Of a DNA stretch of 64,000 nt, positions 44,779-60,910 are shown piece by piece. This stretch comes from the human T2T-CHM13v2.0 reference genome, Homo sapiens: NCBI RefSeq assembly GCF_009914755.1, contig NC_060936.1, one strand, 5' to 3'. The notes under the pieces were generated by a model. That model saw only the letters and a program-made list of their open reading frames with translations. It made no database searches and had not been told where the DNA came from. A program made the translations under genes and the position numbers. Position 1 is the first letter of the stretch, and each line of letters starts with the position of its first letter.

Positions 44779-46477
44779 AAACAAGGCTAACATGCTTCTA
44801 TATGATCCTCCTGTACCTAAGAAATAAACTTATAGCAATAGAGCACAATCAGCCAGCCATTTAATTTTAGAGAATAACATCTTCATGTGGCCTAGTAAAA
44901 ATGACTGTTACCAAATAATAGGCTTTTTATGATGAATGAATGAGTCAGATGTTTTCTCTGTAGTTTTTAGAATCATTGAGATACCAAATTCTTAGCTGTT
45001 TTATGGAAGAACTTTATAAAGTAGAGTTTACTGAAGTTGGGTGACTAGAAAAGCCTATAAAGTTAAAAAGGAGAAAACGTGTTGGTTCTCCTAATTAATG
45101 TAAATTAAAACAAGGAGACTGCCCACAAGAGCTAAATAGTAAATTTCGGTCAAAAATAATGATAGTATTTCTTTTTTCAATTGGTAGTAAAACATTGGAA
45201 ATAATTATTCCAAATGAAAAGACAGGTTGATAACAGTTTTCAAAAGGATCAGGATAATAGAGATTCATATTGGGTGACGGTATGGTTTTAGAACTGTCTT
45301 CCCTATTCTTCCTAAATGAAGTGGGCCATTTCTTCTCACTATATGTATATTCTTGTCTGGCCCTGAGACAGAACACTGGATTAGAAGCACTATAGGTTGA
45401 CTAAATATGGCAGTTCTTAAATCTATATGATGATAGTTTGCATTATTTTATTGTTAACTTACCATTTGCATTTTTATAAACAGCTTTATTGAGATAATTC
45501 ACATACTATACAATTCACTTGGTTAAAATATACAATTCAGTGGTTTTTAAAGTATATTCAGAATTGTGCAACCATCACAGTACTAAGTTTTAGAACATTT
45601 TAATCACTTCCTCCAAAAAAAAAGAAAACCCCATTTCCCCTCAACTCTTCCAGTTGTGTGGATAACCACTAACCTACTATGTCTCTAGATTTGCCTATTC
45701 TGGACATTTTATATAAGTGGAACCATATAATATGTGATCTCTTGTGACTGGCTTTTTTCACTCAGTGTAATGTTTTTAATGTTCATCCATGTTATAGCAT
45801 GGATCAGCACTTCATTTTTATGGTTGAGTAATTAATATTTGATTGTATGGAGATACCATTGTGTTTATTCATCAGTTGATTGACATTTGTGTTGTTTCCC
45901 GTTTTGGGTTATTATGAATAATGCTGCTATAAACGTTCATTTATAAGGTTTTATATTAACATATACTTGAATTTCTCTTGAGCAGATAGTAAAGAGTGAA
46001 ATTGCTGGGTTATATGGTAATTCTGTTGAACCTTTTAAGGAACTGCAAACCTGTTTTTCAAGGTGACTACCATTTTACATTCTCTACAGCAGCGAATGAG
46101 GGTTCCAATTTCTTTACATCTTCATCTGCGCTAATAAGGTTAAGCATAATGTTAGCTGTGGGGTTTTCCTAGATGCCCTTTATCCAACTGAAGATGTTCC
46201 TTTTTCCTAGTTGGTTGAATGTTTTTTTTTTTTTTTAAATGAAAGGGTGTTGGACTTCGGTGCTTTTTCTGTGTCTATGGAGATAATCGTATGGGCTTTG
46301 TACTGTATGGGGTGTACTACACTAATTTTTGGATGCTAAACCTTGGATTCCTGGGATAAATCCCATGTGGCCATGGGAAATAATCCTTTTTAGTTGCTGG
46401 ATTTGGTTTGCTTGTATTTTGGTGAGGATTTTTGTGTTTGTATTAATAAGGAATATTCTTCTTTTAAAATATTTATG

Positions 46478-46770
46478 TATTCATTTATTAGAGACAGTCT
46501 TGCTCTGTCATCTTGGCTGGAGTGCAGAGGCACAATCATGGCTCACTGTAACCTCAAACTCCTGAGCTCAAGCAGTTCTCCCACCTCTGTCTCCCAAGTA
46601 GCTAAGACTATGGGTGCGTATCATCGTGCCTGGCTAATTTTTTTAAAAAATTGTGTAGAGATGTGGTCTTGCTGTGTTGCCCAAGCTGGTCTTGTTCTAA
46701 CCTCAAGTGATCCTCCTGCCTTGGCCTCCTGAAGAGCTAGGATTACAGTCATGAGCTACCATGCCTGGCC
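46478..46770 (-). mobile_element. AluJ
   Basis: Antisense diverged dimer. Confidence 0.85.
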
Positions 46771-47044
46771 AAGATACTGTCCTTTAGTTTCCTTGTGATG
46801 TTTCTATCTGGCATTGGTGTTAGGTTAATACTGGCCTCATAGAATTCCTCTTATATTTTTTGGAAGAATTTGTGAATAATTGATGTCAATTATTTAAGTG
46901 TTTTATAGAACTCATCAGTGAAGTGATCTGGGCCTGGGCTTTTCATTGTGGAAAGTTTGTTAAATTACTAATTCAGTCTCCTTTCTTGTTATAGGTCTAT
47001 TCAGATTTTCCGTTGTTTTTTTTTTTTTTTCTTGAGTCAGTTTC

Positions 47045-47390
47045 TGATATGGTTTGGCTCTGTATCCCCCCACCCAAGTCTCACTTTGAAATGTAATAAT
47101 CTTCATGTGTCAGTGGCGGGGCCAGCTGGAGGTAATTGAATCATGGGGGCCGTTTCCTCCATACTGTTCTCATGATAGTGAATAAGTCTCAGAGATCTGA
47201 TGGTTTGATAAGGGGAAACTGTTTTGCTTGGTTGGTTCTCATTCTCTGTCTGCCACCATTGATGTAAGACATGACTTGCTCCTCCTTGCCTTCTGCCACG
47301 ATTCTGAGGCCTCCCCAGCCACATAGAACTGTGAGTACAGTTAAACCCAGTCTTGGATATGTCTTTATCAGCAGCATGAAAACTAATACA
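47045..47390 (+). mobile_element. THE1 (MaLR) solo LTR
   Basis: TGATATGGTTTGGCTCTGT...CTAATACA termini; 5-bp TSD GTTTC at 47040-47044 and 47391-47395. Confidence 0.9.
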
Positions 47391-47595
47391 GTTTCTATAG
47401 TTCGTGTCTTTCTAGGAATTTCTTTCCATTTTATCTAGATCATCTACTCTCTTGCTATACAGTTTCTTGAAGTTTGCCCATTATAATACTGATACTGTTG
47501 CTTACTGTTTTCTCTTTGTTCCTTTAAAGAAAAAAATTTTTATGCTTTGGGGGTCATTTAACATTTCTCTTTTTATCCATTGGCTTAACAAGTAT

Positions 47596-47887
47596 CTTCT
47601 TTTCTCCTTCTTCTTTTTGAGACAGAGTCACACTCTGTCACCCAGGCCAGAGTGCACTGGTGCAAATCTCAGCTGACTGCAACCTCTGCCTCCCGGGTTC
47701 AAGTGACCTTCCCACCGCAGCCTCTTGAGTAGCCCTCCACCATGCCCAGCTAATTTTTGTATGCGTTTGTAGAGACAGGGTTTCACCATGTTGTCCAGGC
47801 TGGTCTTGAATTCCTGAGCTCAGGTGATCTGCCCTTCCTGGCCTCCCAAAGTGTTGGGATTACAGACGTGAGCCACCACTCCTGACC
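47596..47887 (-). mobile_element. Alu (J/S)
   Basis: Antisense dimer. Confidence 0.85.
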
Positions 47888-48219
47888 ATGTATCTTATTT
47901 TTAATTTTTTTTAGTGGTTGCTCTTGTGCTTATAATATACATTTTAAATTAATCTGCCTTCAAATAATATTCTACCCTTCAAGATTAGTATAAGGACCTT
48001 GTAACAGTATATTCTTAATTCCTTTATTCCATCTGTTGTGCTACTTGTCATGTATTTTTCTGAAGTATAGGAACCAGAGAAATTATAAGGCAGAGGAGTA
48101 GGAAACACATACTTTCCTGTATTACGCAATAAGGAGCTTGATAATTGGAAAGGGAAAGGGAAATGAATATATGAGAAATTCAGAAAGAATATAATCAGAA
48201 TTCTTAATGAAATTTGAAA

Positions 48220-48288
48220 CCTCAGGTGATCCACCCACCTTGGCCTCCCAAAGTGCTGGGATTACAGGCATGAGCCACTGCGCCCAGC
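48220..48288 (-). mobile_element. Isolated Alu 5' fragment (~70 nt)
   Basis: CCTCAGGTGATCCACCCACC...GCCCAGC flanked by TGAAACCTCA / TGAAATCTCA. Confidence 0.85.
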
Positions 48289-49366
48289 TGAAATCTCAAA
48301 TTGAAGTTGAATGATCAATTTGGGATAACTTAAATTTCTTTGTGGCTATAGACAGATCTATTTCAAGAAGTCTCCCTACCTAACCATTTTTCCTGCCCCT
48401 AAAAAACAAAACCAGAAAGTTCTGAGAATCATCCTAGACTTCTCTTCCTCCTTTATATCTTCATTTTCCATTTCTAATCAGCCACCTTGTCATCTTGATT
48501 CTCCCTCATCTGTACCAATATATCAACCAAAAATGATCTTCCTAAGTCTAATTACACTTCTCTCTGTTCCACACCAATGCAAGCATGATCAATCTTACAT
48601 CTGATCACATCTTTTAAAATTTTCGGTGGTGCCCTATTCTCCACAGTATAAATTTTAATCTCCTTATTGTTATGTGAAGTTCTCAAGATTTTAGTGTTTA
48701 TCCAATCTTCTCTCCTACCATCTCTTCTAAAATTATATAAACAATTCCCAGACTTTATTTTAAGTTACTATACATATGCTGATTTTCATTTCCACACCCA
48801 CGTTCTTCTTTTTGCATTCCTATTAAATTCATATTCATGAAAATAAATAAATGTTTCTTTAAAGAATCCTCTCAGAAATTAATCTCTTTTTTGTCTCCTT
48901 GTTGTACTTATACGCTCTTCTCATAATGATTGTGTCATTCTTACTGTGATTACTGTGTTCTTTAAGGCTGTAGCTATAATTGTTGGATGGATATTGTGTT
49001 CAATAAAGATTGGCAGAATTTAGCTAGAGTTTAGTAACATTTTTATGATTACCTTCTATATAAGAGAAACATCAGATTAGTGGTTTTGAATCAGTATTGT
49101 AATGTAAAATTTCTTTATACCAATAAATTTAAGTTTTATAAAAAGGTAGATTTTGGGGGAATGTTAGATTTTCAAATGATCGTAATAATACAGCAGCAAT
49201 CCTAATGATAGTATGCAAATTATCGGCGTTCAGTTGGTGTCAATTTCAACTTTAGGTATTCTACCTATGCCATACTTTTATTTATTATTGCATCAAATGC
49301 AGACAGGTTCTACTCTCTACTTTGTAAGATGACCATAATACTCTCACTCTCTTAAAATCACTATCT

Positions 49367-49675
<309 letters not shown>

Positions 49676-49797
49676 CTAACCTCTATTCTATGTATTTTAC
49701 ATTGTGAAGATGAGTAATATTAATATCTGCCTTCTGTCTTTTAAAAATGTCTAAAAGTGAAAATCAATTGTGTCTGGCTGACATTTCTCTAAGGTAA

Positions 49798-50193
<396 letters not shown>

Positions 50194-50833
50194 TTACTAT
50201 TGCATTTTCAAAGTTTTCATTTTCCCATCCAGTATATCGAGTCTTCTGCCTTCCTAGGGAATTCTTCAGACTTTTCTATCCTGCTGATCTGAACTTACTG
50301 CTTTCTGAGTATGCTGCACAACTGTCTTTTTTTTCCTTTGTGTTCCTCTTTTTAATAAATTATTTAAAAATCTATGAATACATATTTAAGTGTCTTGCTA
50401 GTAAGAAAATATGCATGTATAATAAACTTTGCCTCCACATATGAACATACTTTTCCTTTTTAAAAAAATCTGGTTTTGTTTAGGATTCTGTTTATTTCAT
50501 TTTCCTCCTTGACACTCGTGGTATTTCTCCCCATCTCCTAGATATTTTTTTGGTTTTGGAAACTTCTCTTAATTTTTACTTTTTCTCTACCATCTATTGT
50601 ACGGGGATGTTAAATAGACCCTTGTAAATATGTTTTTCTGTTTTGGGAAGTGTTCTAATTCTTGGATAATTTTCACTCCTTCATTTTTCCCTATTCTCTT
50701 TTTTGGGGGGGCATATATTTATATGTTGGAATTCTTGTAACAACCTTCCCCCCGTCCCCAACTACTTGCCTGATATTTTAGGTTGACATTATTTTGCAAG
50801 CTTTCATTGAATTTTTGTTTTGGTGAGCATGTC

Positions 50834-51128
50834 TTTTTTGAGACAGAGTCTTGCTCTGTTGCCCAGGCTGGAGTGCAGTGGCGCAATTTCAGCTTACAGC
50901 AGCCTCAACCTCCTGGGCTCAAGCAATCCTCCCACCTCACCTCCTGAGTAGCTGAGACCTCAGGCGTGCACCACCATGTCTGTCTAATTTTTGTATTTTT
51001 TTTTTTTTTGTAGAGATGGGGTTTTACCCTGTTTCCCAGGCTGCCCATGAACTCCTGAGCTCAAGCAATCTGGCTGCCTTGGCCTCCCAAAGTGCTGGGA
51101 TTACAGGCATGAGCCACCGCACCCGGCC
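50834..51128 (-). mobile_element. AluJ
   Basis: GCATGTCT on both sides. Confidence 0.85.
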
Positions 51129-51258
51129 TGCATGTCTGTCATTTTAAGAGTTTCTTCTGATTTTCTCACCCCTAATCATTTTCTCTTCTTGCTTTATATT
51201 ACAGTATTTTTATGCCTTCTCTAAAGTAAAAGATTTCTTTTAAAATTATAAAAGTAGA

Positions 51259-51850
<592 letters not shown>

Positions 51851-53045
51851 TTTTTTTTAAACTGAATATTTATTTGGACTGAAAGAAGAAATGACAACAA
51901 ATTATAAAGTTAAAAGAAGTCATATCAAAAAATCACAAAATCCAGAAAAAAACATTTATTAAGTACCAGACACATCCTACTTTTGCTTTTCCTTCATTTT
52001 TTGGCTTCATCTTCTTTGATCACCTTTTTATTTGGCAGTGAGTTTATAATACTTTATATATAGAAAATAAAAAGATCATATAGCTTTCCTCTAGCATTCA
52101 GGTTTTTTTGCTATATGGGTGTTAATAATTTTTATTTTAATTGCCTGCTATAATTATTTTTTATTTTGGTAAAATATATAACTTAAAATTTACCATTTTA
52201 AAAAGTATATTCTATTTCCTGAATTTTTTGTTTCTCTGAGGCAATTTCCCCTTTTTGATGGGAAGAGTGTTTTATCTTTGTGAGTTCTCAAGTGTGATGA
52301 TCTGTGGGCCTGCTGATATTTAAGAATGAGGCTTACCATTAGGCAAACTCTGTATTTAGAGTTTGTCTGTATTTAGAGCTCATAGTAAGCCTCATTACTT
52401 GTTAATGGTCAGACTTCATTCTCAAGTGAATGGTCAGGGAACCCCCAAAATAACAGATGGTAACTGGTTTTGTTCTGGGATGTTAATTTGCACTCTAATG
52501 GCCCTACTAGTTGTTTTGATATCTTTAGAGTAGAACCTTAATTTCCTGCCTACCCAAGGGTAAGCATTGGGTGATCATTTTGCTGTGCGCACAGAAGGTG
52601 AGAGGCATTGATTTGTCTGTCCTACAGATTCTTCGTTTTTAAAAATCTCATGTCTCATTTCTGCTTTACTGGATCTCATTGGTTTTTGGAGGAAAGGTAT
52701 TGGTTCCTTTCTCAGGTACCCTCCAACTATATTTTAGGCTGTTACTTCTTGGGCCAGAATTTCGCCATTTGTATCTGCTGATGGCTCCTCTCTCATCCTC
52801 TTTATTGTTTGCATTTAATATTTTATTTCTGTAACTTTCTTGAGTTATGTTAATGGAATCTGGAGGGAAAGTGGGTAACAGTAAAGTAAGCTGTTTATAC
52901 TGTCATTCTGAATTGTAAGCCCCTGCAGACTTCTTGAATGATATTAATGAATGTTGAGTCACCTTTCAATATGGAGGGACAAGCCTGTTCTTTGGTGTCA
53001 CGTGTATCGCTCTTTGGTTGTTTGCTTAGCAGCGTTGAAAATTGA

Positions 53046-53400
<355 letters not shown>

Positions 53401-55181
53401 AAACCATTCCTATTTTCCCACTAAAATTATCATAAAATCAGGAATGAATGAAAGCTCCAATCATTACTACAAATGAAAATTGACAGATATAAAGACAGAA
53501 CTCTGGGAGTAAGTGGTACTAATGATGAGGCAGATTGAATCAGAGAAATACTTATACATTTCAATTTGTACAATGTGTATTTACTTTGTTTTTTGAGTGA
53601 TGACCACCAGGAGGAAAAATCCTTGTCTGTCCCCATTGTTTGTTCAAAAGTCAGACCTGGAGCCCCTGCTAACCAGAAAATTGAGCAGTCATCAACTTCC
53701 CCTCACAGTTTTTCTGCATGTAAGAATATTAGTAAAATTAGGGTGATGGGGAAGAGGGCTGTGGAAATGGGAAACTGATAATGTACATGTAGTATAATTG
53801 GGCATTATTATCCAAAATATGGTACATATACTTCTAGAAATAGTAGATATTTTAGGTTGTACGTGAATGAACGTTTTAAAGCCCCAAAATTTCTTTTAAT
53901 AACTAACAGCAATACTAATTAGTTACGAGGATGCTAAAATAGGTAGTAAGTACCTGTTTTATGATGTTAAAAATATCAAGTAAATATTATAGCTGGTTAT
54001 TAGTTTTGGCATAACATTAATGACAGAAACTTGAGAAACATTTCCTCTAGATAAAAAAGCTTGCTAGAAACTGGCAACAGTACTGCTTTTTACACGTATC
54101 ACAGTTGTAAATATGAGAAGGGAGTTTGACTTCCACTTGTGTGTCAGACAGCGGGGTCATAAACAGTAGGTTTGGAGGATCTATCCTTGTTCAGTATAGA
54201 AGTTCTATTATGATTGATATGGAAATGACTTTGACTTATTGTTGAAGCCCTGATACTAAACAAATCTGATTTCGTTTGAATCTTTTTTTCCCTCTAGAAG
54301 TAAAAAAGGACAATTAAAAAAAAAATCCTTTACTTAATTTTCAGTTTCTTCTTTGAATAACAAAGTTTGGAAGTATAGGGGGTTGGAACTGATCTCTTGT
54401 CACAGAGTTTAAAGGTTAAGACTGGGGAATTTTATTTGTTTCTAAATGAAAATGTTATGATTTACATAAATGAAACTACAGTGTGAAGATGGACAGTAAA
54501 TGAGATAGATATTTTTGAAGCAGCAACTGATTTTCTTTTTGTCAGACTCTGCAGCCAGCCTGAGGCCACAAATAAATGTAGTCAGAACTAGTTTCATAAA
54601 GTTAGATGGATATGTTCAATAAATAAGAGACATTTTCCATAGTATTCATATTTTGAACATGATGAACAAGATTTAGCCAAAAAATATGTGCATATTCTTA
54701 TGACTCAGGGACATCACACAAAAAAGAAAAAAGAATAAAATTGAAGAAATTAATGTGTGTATTCTTTTTTCCCTGGATTGATAAGCAGCTTCTAAAAGTA
54801 TGCTAATTCAAAGGTTAGTTTTATGTATTGTAAACTGTAGTTAGATAAATAATGGTTACTTTGAAAATCCACAGTAAATGCTGCTGATTTGACAAGGAAA
54901 TGTGTTTAGTTGTACTCTAAGGATGGCCTTCTTTGTTGGGGTACAAAATTAGTTCATTTTTAAAGATCATAAACAAAATAGCAGAATTGAGCAATGTAAG
55001 TACAGAAATAACATTTATATAAAAATCAAAGTGCAAAACAGTATAGTATATCATTCATGAATAAGTAATATGTTGTAAAACTATAAAAATATACAATAGC
55101 GTGATAAATACCATATTCCAGATAGTGGCTCTGGGGATGTGGAGAGAAGAATAGTGGTATTATTTCATAGAAAATAATCTA

Positions 55182-55452
<271 letters not shown>

Positions 55453-55998
55453 AGAAATATGGCAAAACATTAAGAAGTGACAAATATCAGAGGGACATAT
55501 ATATATTCCACATTTCTGTATGCTTGAAAACATTTATGTAAATTTTTCTAATGTGTACAGTGACTTTTTAAAAGTAATATGCTAAAACCAATCCATTGAG
55601 TGAAATGACAATTGGATTAAATTATAACAACAATATTAATGCAGACAACTCTATTTTCTAGTTACACTTATCAAGAGATTAGTATTGAATTATTTACTTG
55701 CTTTGCAAATAAGAAAATGTAAAATTTTAAACTTTTCTCTTATTTAAAGACCTAAGATGACCAATAGACACTTTTTCTCATGTACCTCAAGTCCTTACCA
55801 AGTATAAGAAGCAGAACAGTATCTGTATCTTCGAAGCTCTCAGTGTACTTCTCCCTAGTAACATCTCCCTGCCTCCCCTGTCCTGAATTTTACATTTCAT
55901 TTTATTGTCTTAAGTGCCAAGGGCAAGGTTTGTCAAAATCAAGTAATGTTCAGCCTTTTTGGTAGTGAAATATACATAACATAAATTTACCATTGTAA

Positions 55999-56388
<390 letters not shown>

Positions 56389-56589
56389 TAAAAACTGAGT
56401 CCCCATTGTCCCCTTTCCCTGGTCCCTGGCAACCTTTTTTCTACTTTCTGTCTCTGTGAATTTGCATATGCTAGATGTACCTCATGTAAGTAGACTCAGA
56501 CATTATTTATCCTTTTGTGTCTGGCTTATTTTACCTAGCTTAATGTTCTCAAGGTTCATTTGAGTTGTACCATGTGTCAAAATTTGGTA

Positions 56590-56712
56590 CATATTTTTAT
56601 ATTTTATTTTTATATTTTATATATGTAATTAATATTTTATAAATATTATATATAATATAAAATATAATTAATATTTTAATATTAAATAATATTCCTTTAT
56701 ATTTATATATTT
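56590..56712. repeat. AT-rich low-complexity tract inside an L1
   Basis: Almost purely A/T over ~120 bp. Confidence 0.85.
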
Positions 56713-58879
56713 TGTTTTCTGTTCATTTGTTGATGGACACTTGGGTCATTGTACCCTTTGACTATTGTAAAAAATGCTGCTGTTAACATTGGTGTTCATG
56801 TATCTGTTGGAGTGCCTGCTTTCAGTTTCTTGGGGCATATACTTAGAAGTGAAGTTGCTGAATTGTATGGTAATTCTGTGTTCAACTTTTTGAGGAACTA
56901 TCGTGCTCTTTTCCACATTGTCTATACCATTTTACAATCACAGCAGTGCACGAGGATTTCACTTTGTCCACATCCTTGCCAACACTTTTTTGCTTCCCTA
57001 CTGGCCCTTTTTTTGGGGAGGGGCGGGTAATAGCCATCCTGATTGGTGTGAAGTGGTATCTTACTGCTAGACATGTTTTAAAGGAAAAAAGGACAGTTCT
57101 TTAATGTGACTTAAATTGTTAAAACATTGTATGTGTAAATGGAAAAAATACATATACACTCCTTGTGACTTAATGATCTTACACAGCTATAACAGCAAAA
57201 CCAATTTTTAGTGTAAGTGCTAATTAAAACCTACTAAAATTAATGTTTTTGACAGTGCAAACCAAATTGTGGCTGTCTTCCTTTATAAATAACTTAGTCT
57301 TATGTGAGAGTATCTATTTCAGTTACAAATTATAACTGCAGAAACTTTAACTGGTAAAAGAATTCAGAGTATATAGTTAGGAAAGTTTGCTGACATTAGG
57401 ACGTGCCAAACTACCTATAGTCAAAATTAATTAACAAAATTAATGATTAATGTGTCAAACTTATAAATTGTCATTTAGGTTATCATTTGGTTGGTAATAT
57501 GATTCAAAAAACAAACTGCCTAATGAAATCTTGTGGTCACCTACATGAGCCACAATATACATATATTTATTTTTAATTAATTGTCTAAGTTAGAACCCAA
57601 AATTCTTTTTTCTGAAATTTAAAGAAGAAAAAAAAATTCTTTTCGCCACCTCTGATAATATCGATAGTCCAAAATTAAGAAAATGCTAACTTCTCCTGAT
57701 GACTTCTTCAACAGCCTATTTCAGCCTGTGAAACATATTCAGGAATACATATGGGAGAATAAATCAATGTGAATGGGGTAGCTGCCATAAAAATAATGTT
57801 CTTAATTTGTGTAATTATTTTCAGTTTTCAAAGCACACTTACAATATGTCGAGCCCTCAGAATAATTCTTAGCTATTCAGGAAAGATGGTGTTTTCATTT
57901 TACAGGCAAGGAAACTAAAACTCATGGCAGTTACTTTAGAAATAGGAGTGCAAAAGAAGAAATAAGCATGGCATGTGAGAATAACAAGAGTCCTTATCTG
58001 TAGTGGGTTGTTTTTGGAAAGTATTGAGAAATAAGCTGGATCCAAGGGACTTTGGAATTTGGATTTGATGTAATGGAGCATTTTCCAAACTTGCTGGTCA
58101 TAAGAAATCCCTTCCTTGGAGACTGGGGCCAGGGTCCTAGAATCCTTTCGTAACAAGTGCCCCTGAAGATTCTTGTACTTCAGCAAAGTTGGTTAATTAT
58201 GCATTTACTATTTTTGAGCAAGGAGCTTGGTGTCATAAAAATAGTGTCTGGGGGAATATCTTTATCTAAAGGGTAGGTTGAAGGGTAAAGAGAGTCATCA
58301 GGCAATGTTTATTTTGATATGACGTAGTTGTGGCTTTTATTAGTTTGTGACCATGGAAATGAGATATGGGGAATCATGGAATTATAGAGATTGCCTGGGA
58401 AGACAAAGGGAAATAGGGAATGAGTGATTTGTGGAGAGACTTTATAGGCTTGGACATATATTGAGTCTTTGCTCATAAAATGTCGTAGATATTTGGAAAT
58501 CTAATTTGAATTCCAGAATTAGTAAAACATTACACTTAAGTCAGACCTTGCCAGGCATAAAGATATTGTATATTTTTATGTACATGCTCAATATCGTATA
58601 TTCTCAATATAAAACTCAGTTGCAGGTTGCATTTGTTGTAGAAATTCTGCTTTCAGGTTTTGTTTTTCCTGACTCTTCAAATCTTCTCGCTGGGCTTCTG
58701 GGCTAGATCTCCCTATAAATTTGAAATAGTTATTCCTTATTCCCCAAGTAAGTATGGAAAAGAGGGAAAGAGGGATAGAAAGGTTAAGATTGAGCTGATA
58801 AGAAGACCCTTGTGGCGGGGTGGGGGGTTGGTGTGGGGAGTGGGTGAGAAGGTAGTACACAGTATTTAAAGTTAACAAG

Positions 58880-58994
58880 AGCTGGGTGTGGTGGTTAATG
58901 CCTGTAATCCCAGCACTTTGGGAGGCCAAGGCAGAGAATCACTTGAGGCCAGGAATTCTAGACCAGCCTGGGCAACAGAGTGAGACCCTGTCTC
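58880..58994 (+). mobile_element. FLAM / Alu left monomer
   Basis: Single arm followed by a T-run. Confidence 0.78.
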
Positions 58995-59384
58995 TGTTTT
59001 TTTTTTTTTTTTTCCGGAGATTAATGAGTCCTCCCTCTTTTGCTTTTATTTCTTTAAGTGAAAGCCACATCAGGCACACTGAAAACCTAACTCTTTGTTT
59101 TTATGTACTGGGCTTATTTTTTTTCTTGATTTCTTTCCTGAACAAAATGAAACAATTCTTTGAGATGCTTGTCTTTGTGATGTGCACAACCACTTTTGCT
59201 TTCCTGTGGTGGCAGATTCTTACAGGATGACCCACTAAGTTTCAGTGCTAATAACTCCATTTGAGCTTTTCAGTTCTGTTTTGTTGGTTTCCCCTTTGGC
59301 AAACCCTCATTACCCTATTCAAAAAACTTTGGGAACTGTTTCTTCCCCATTTGCTGCAGAGTAACATTTGTCTCTGAAGTGTAA

Positions 59385-59718
<334 letters not shown>

Positions 59719-59985
59719 GGGAGCAATAATTCTTCTATTATTATTCTCATTCACATTTATCTTTCCTTTTTCTCCCCTTCTCAGCCTTCTTGCTTTCTTC
59801 AGGAAGACCTCCTGCAAGACCTCACCTATAGTAGTTTGAGTTTAACCCTGTTAGCTGCTTTCACATTCAAATCAATTTAATCTACTTTAATAAAAAACTT
59901 TAAAAATTTATGTGAATGACTAGGTATGGTTCTAAGTTTTGCTATGCAATAGATACTGTAAGTCACTTAGTGAAAGTAGTTTGCC

Positions 59986-60106
59986 TTTTTTTTTCTTTTT
60001 TCTTTTGGAGACGGGGTTTTGCTATGTTGTAGGCTGGTCTCAAGCTCCTGGCCTCAAGCAGTTCTTCTGCCCTAGCCTCCCAAAGTGTGAGCCGCCATGC
60101 CCAGCC
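59986..60106 (-). mobile_element. FLAM / Alu monomer
   Basis: TAGTTTGCC on both sides. Confidence 0.75.
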
Positions 60107-60461
60107 CTAGTTTGCCATTTTCTGTTTTATTTATTAATGTATTTTTATTTGTTGCCTTTGTCCACATGTTCTAAGCCATTTTCTAATAGAACTAAATGTG
60201 TTTTTTTTTTCTTTTTGTGGTTCAGCTATTATATGTATCTGCTACTTTTAGCATTAACCTAAAGCTTCCTGTATATGCCAAGTCCCAGGTATTTTGGAAT
60301 CCCATGTGGCTTTTGTGCCCTCCAAAGAGAGGTGGAGAGAACCTCTTAGACTCCAACTTTTACATACTCTTGGCCCAGATTTGGGGATTAAGTGAAGGGT
60401 GCCTAATGAATAGAACCTATGCATTCGTATACATCTGGCTTGAGAAAACTGTATCTCTCTC

Positions 60462-60910
<449 letters not shown>

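Larger units (their letters stand above)
45470..47430 (-). mobile_element. Old L1M fragments (interrupted by an AluJ and THE1)
   Basis: CAGCTTTATTGAGATAATTCACATAC...GATTTGCCTATTCTGGACATTT...CCTGGGATAAATCCCA...TGCTGGATTTGGTTTGC. Confidence 0.8.

Noticed and set aside
58880-59013. Alu monomer followed by a T-run instead of an A-tail
   Set aside because: No TSD was identifiable to anchor a mechanism; could be an unrelated poly(T) expansion.
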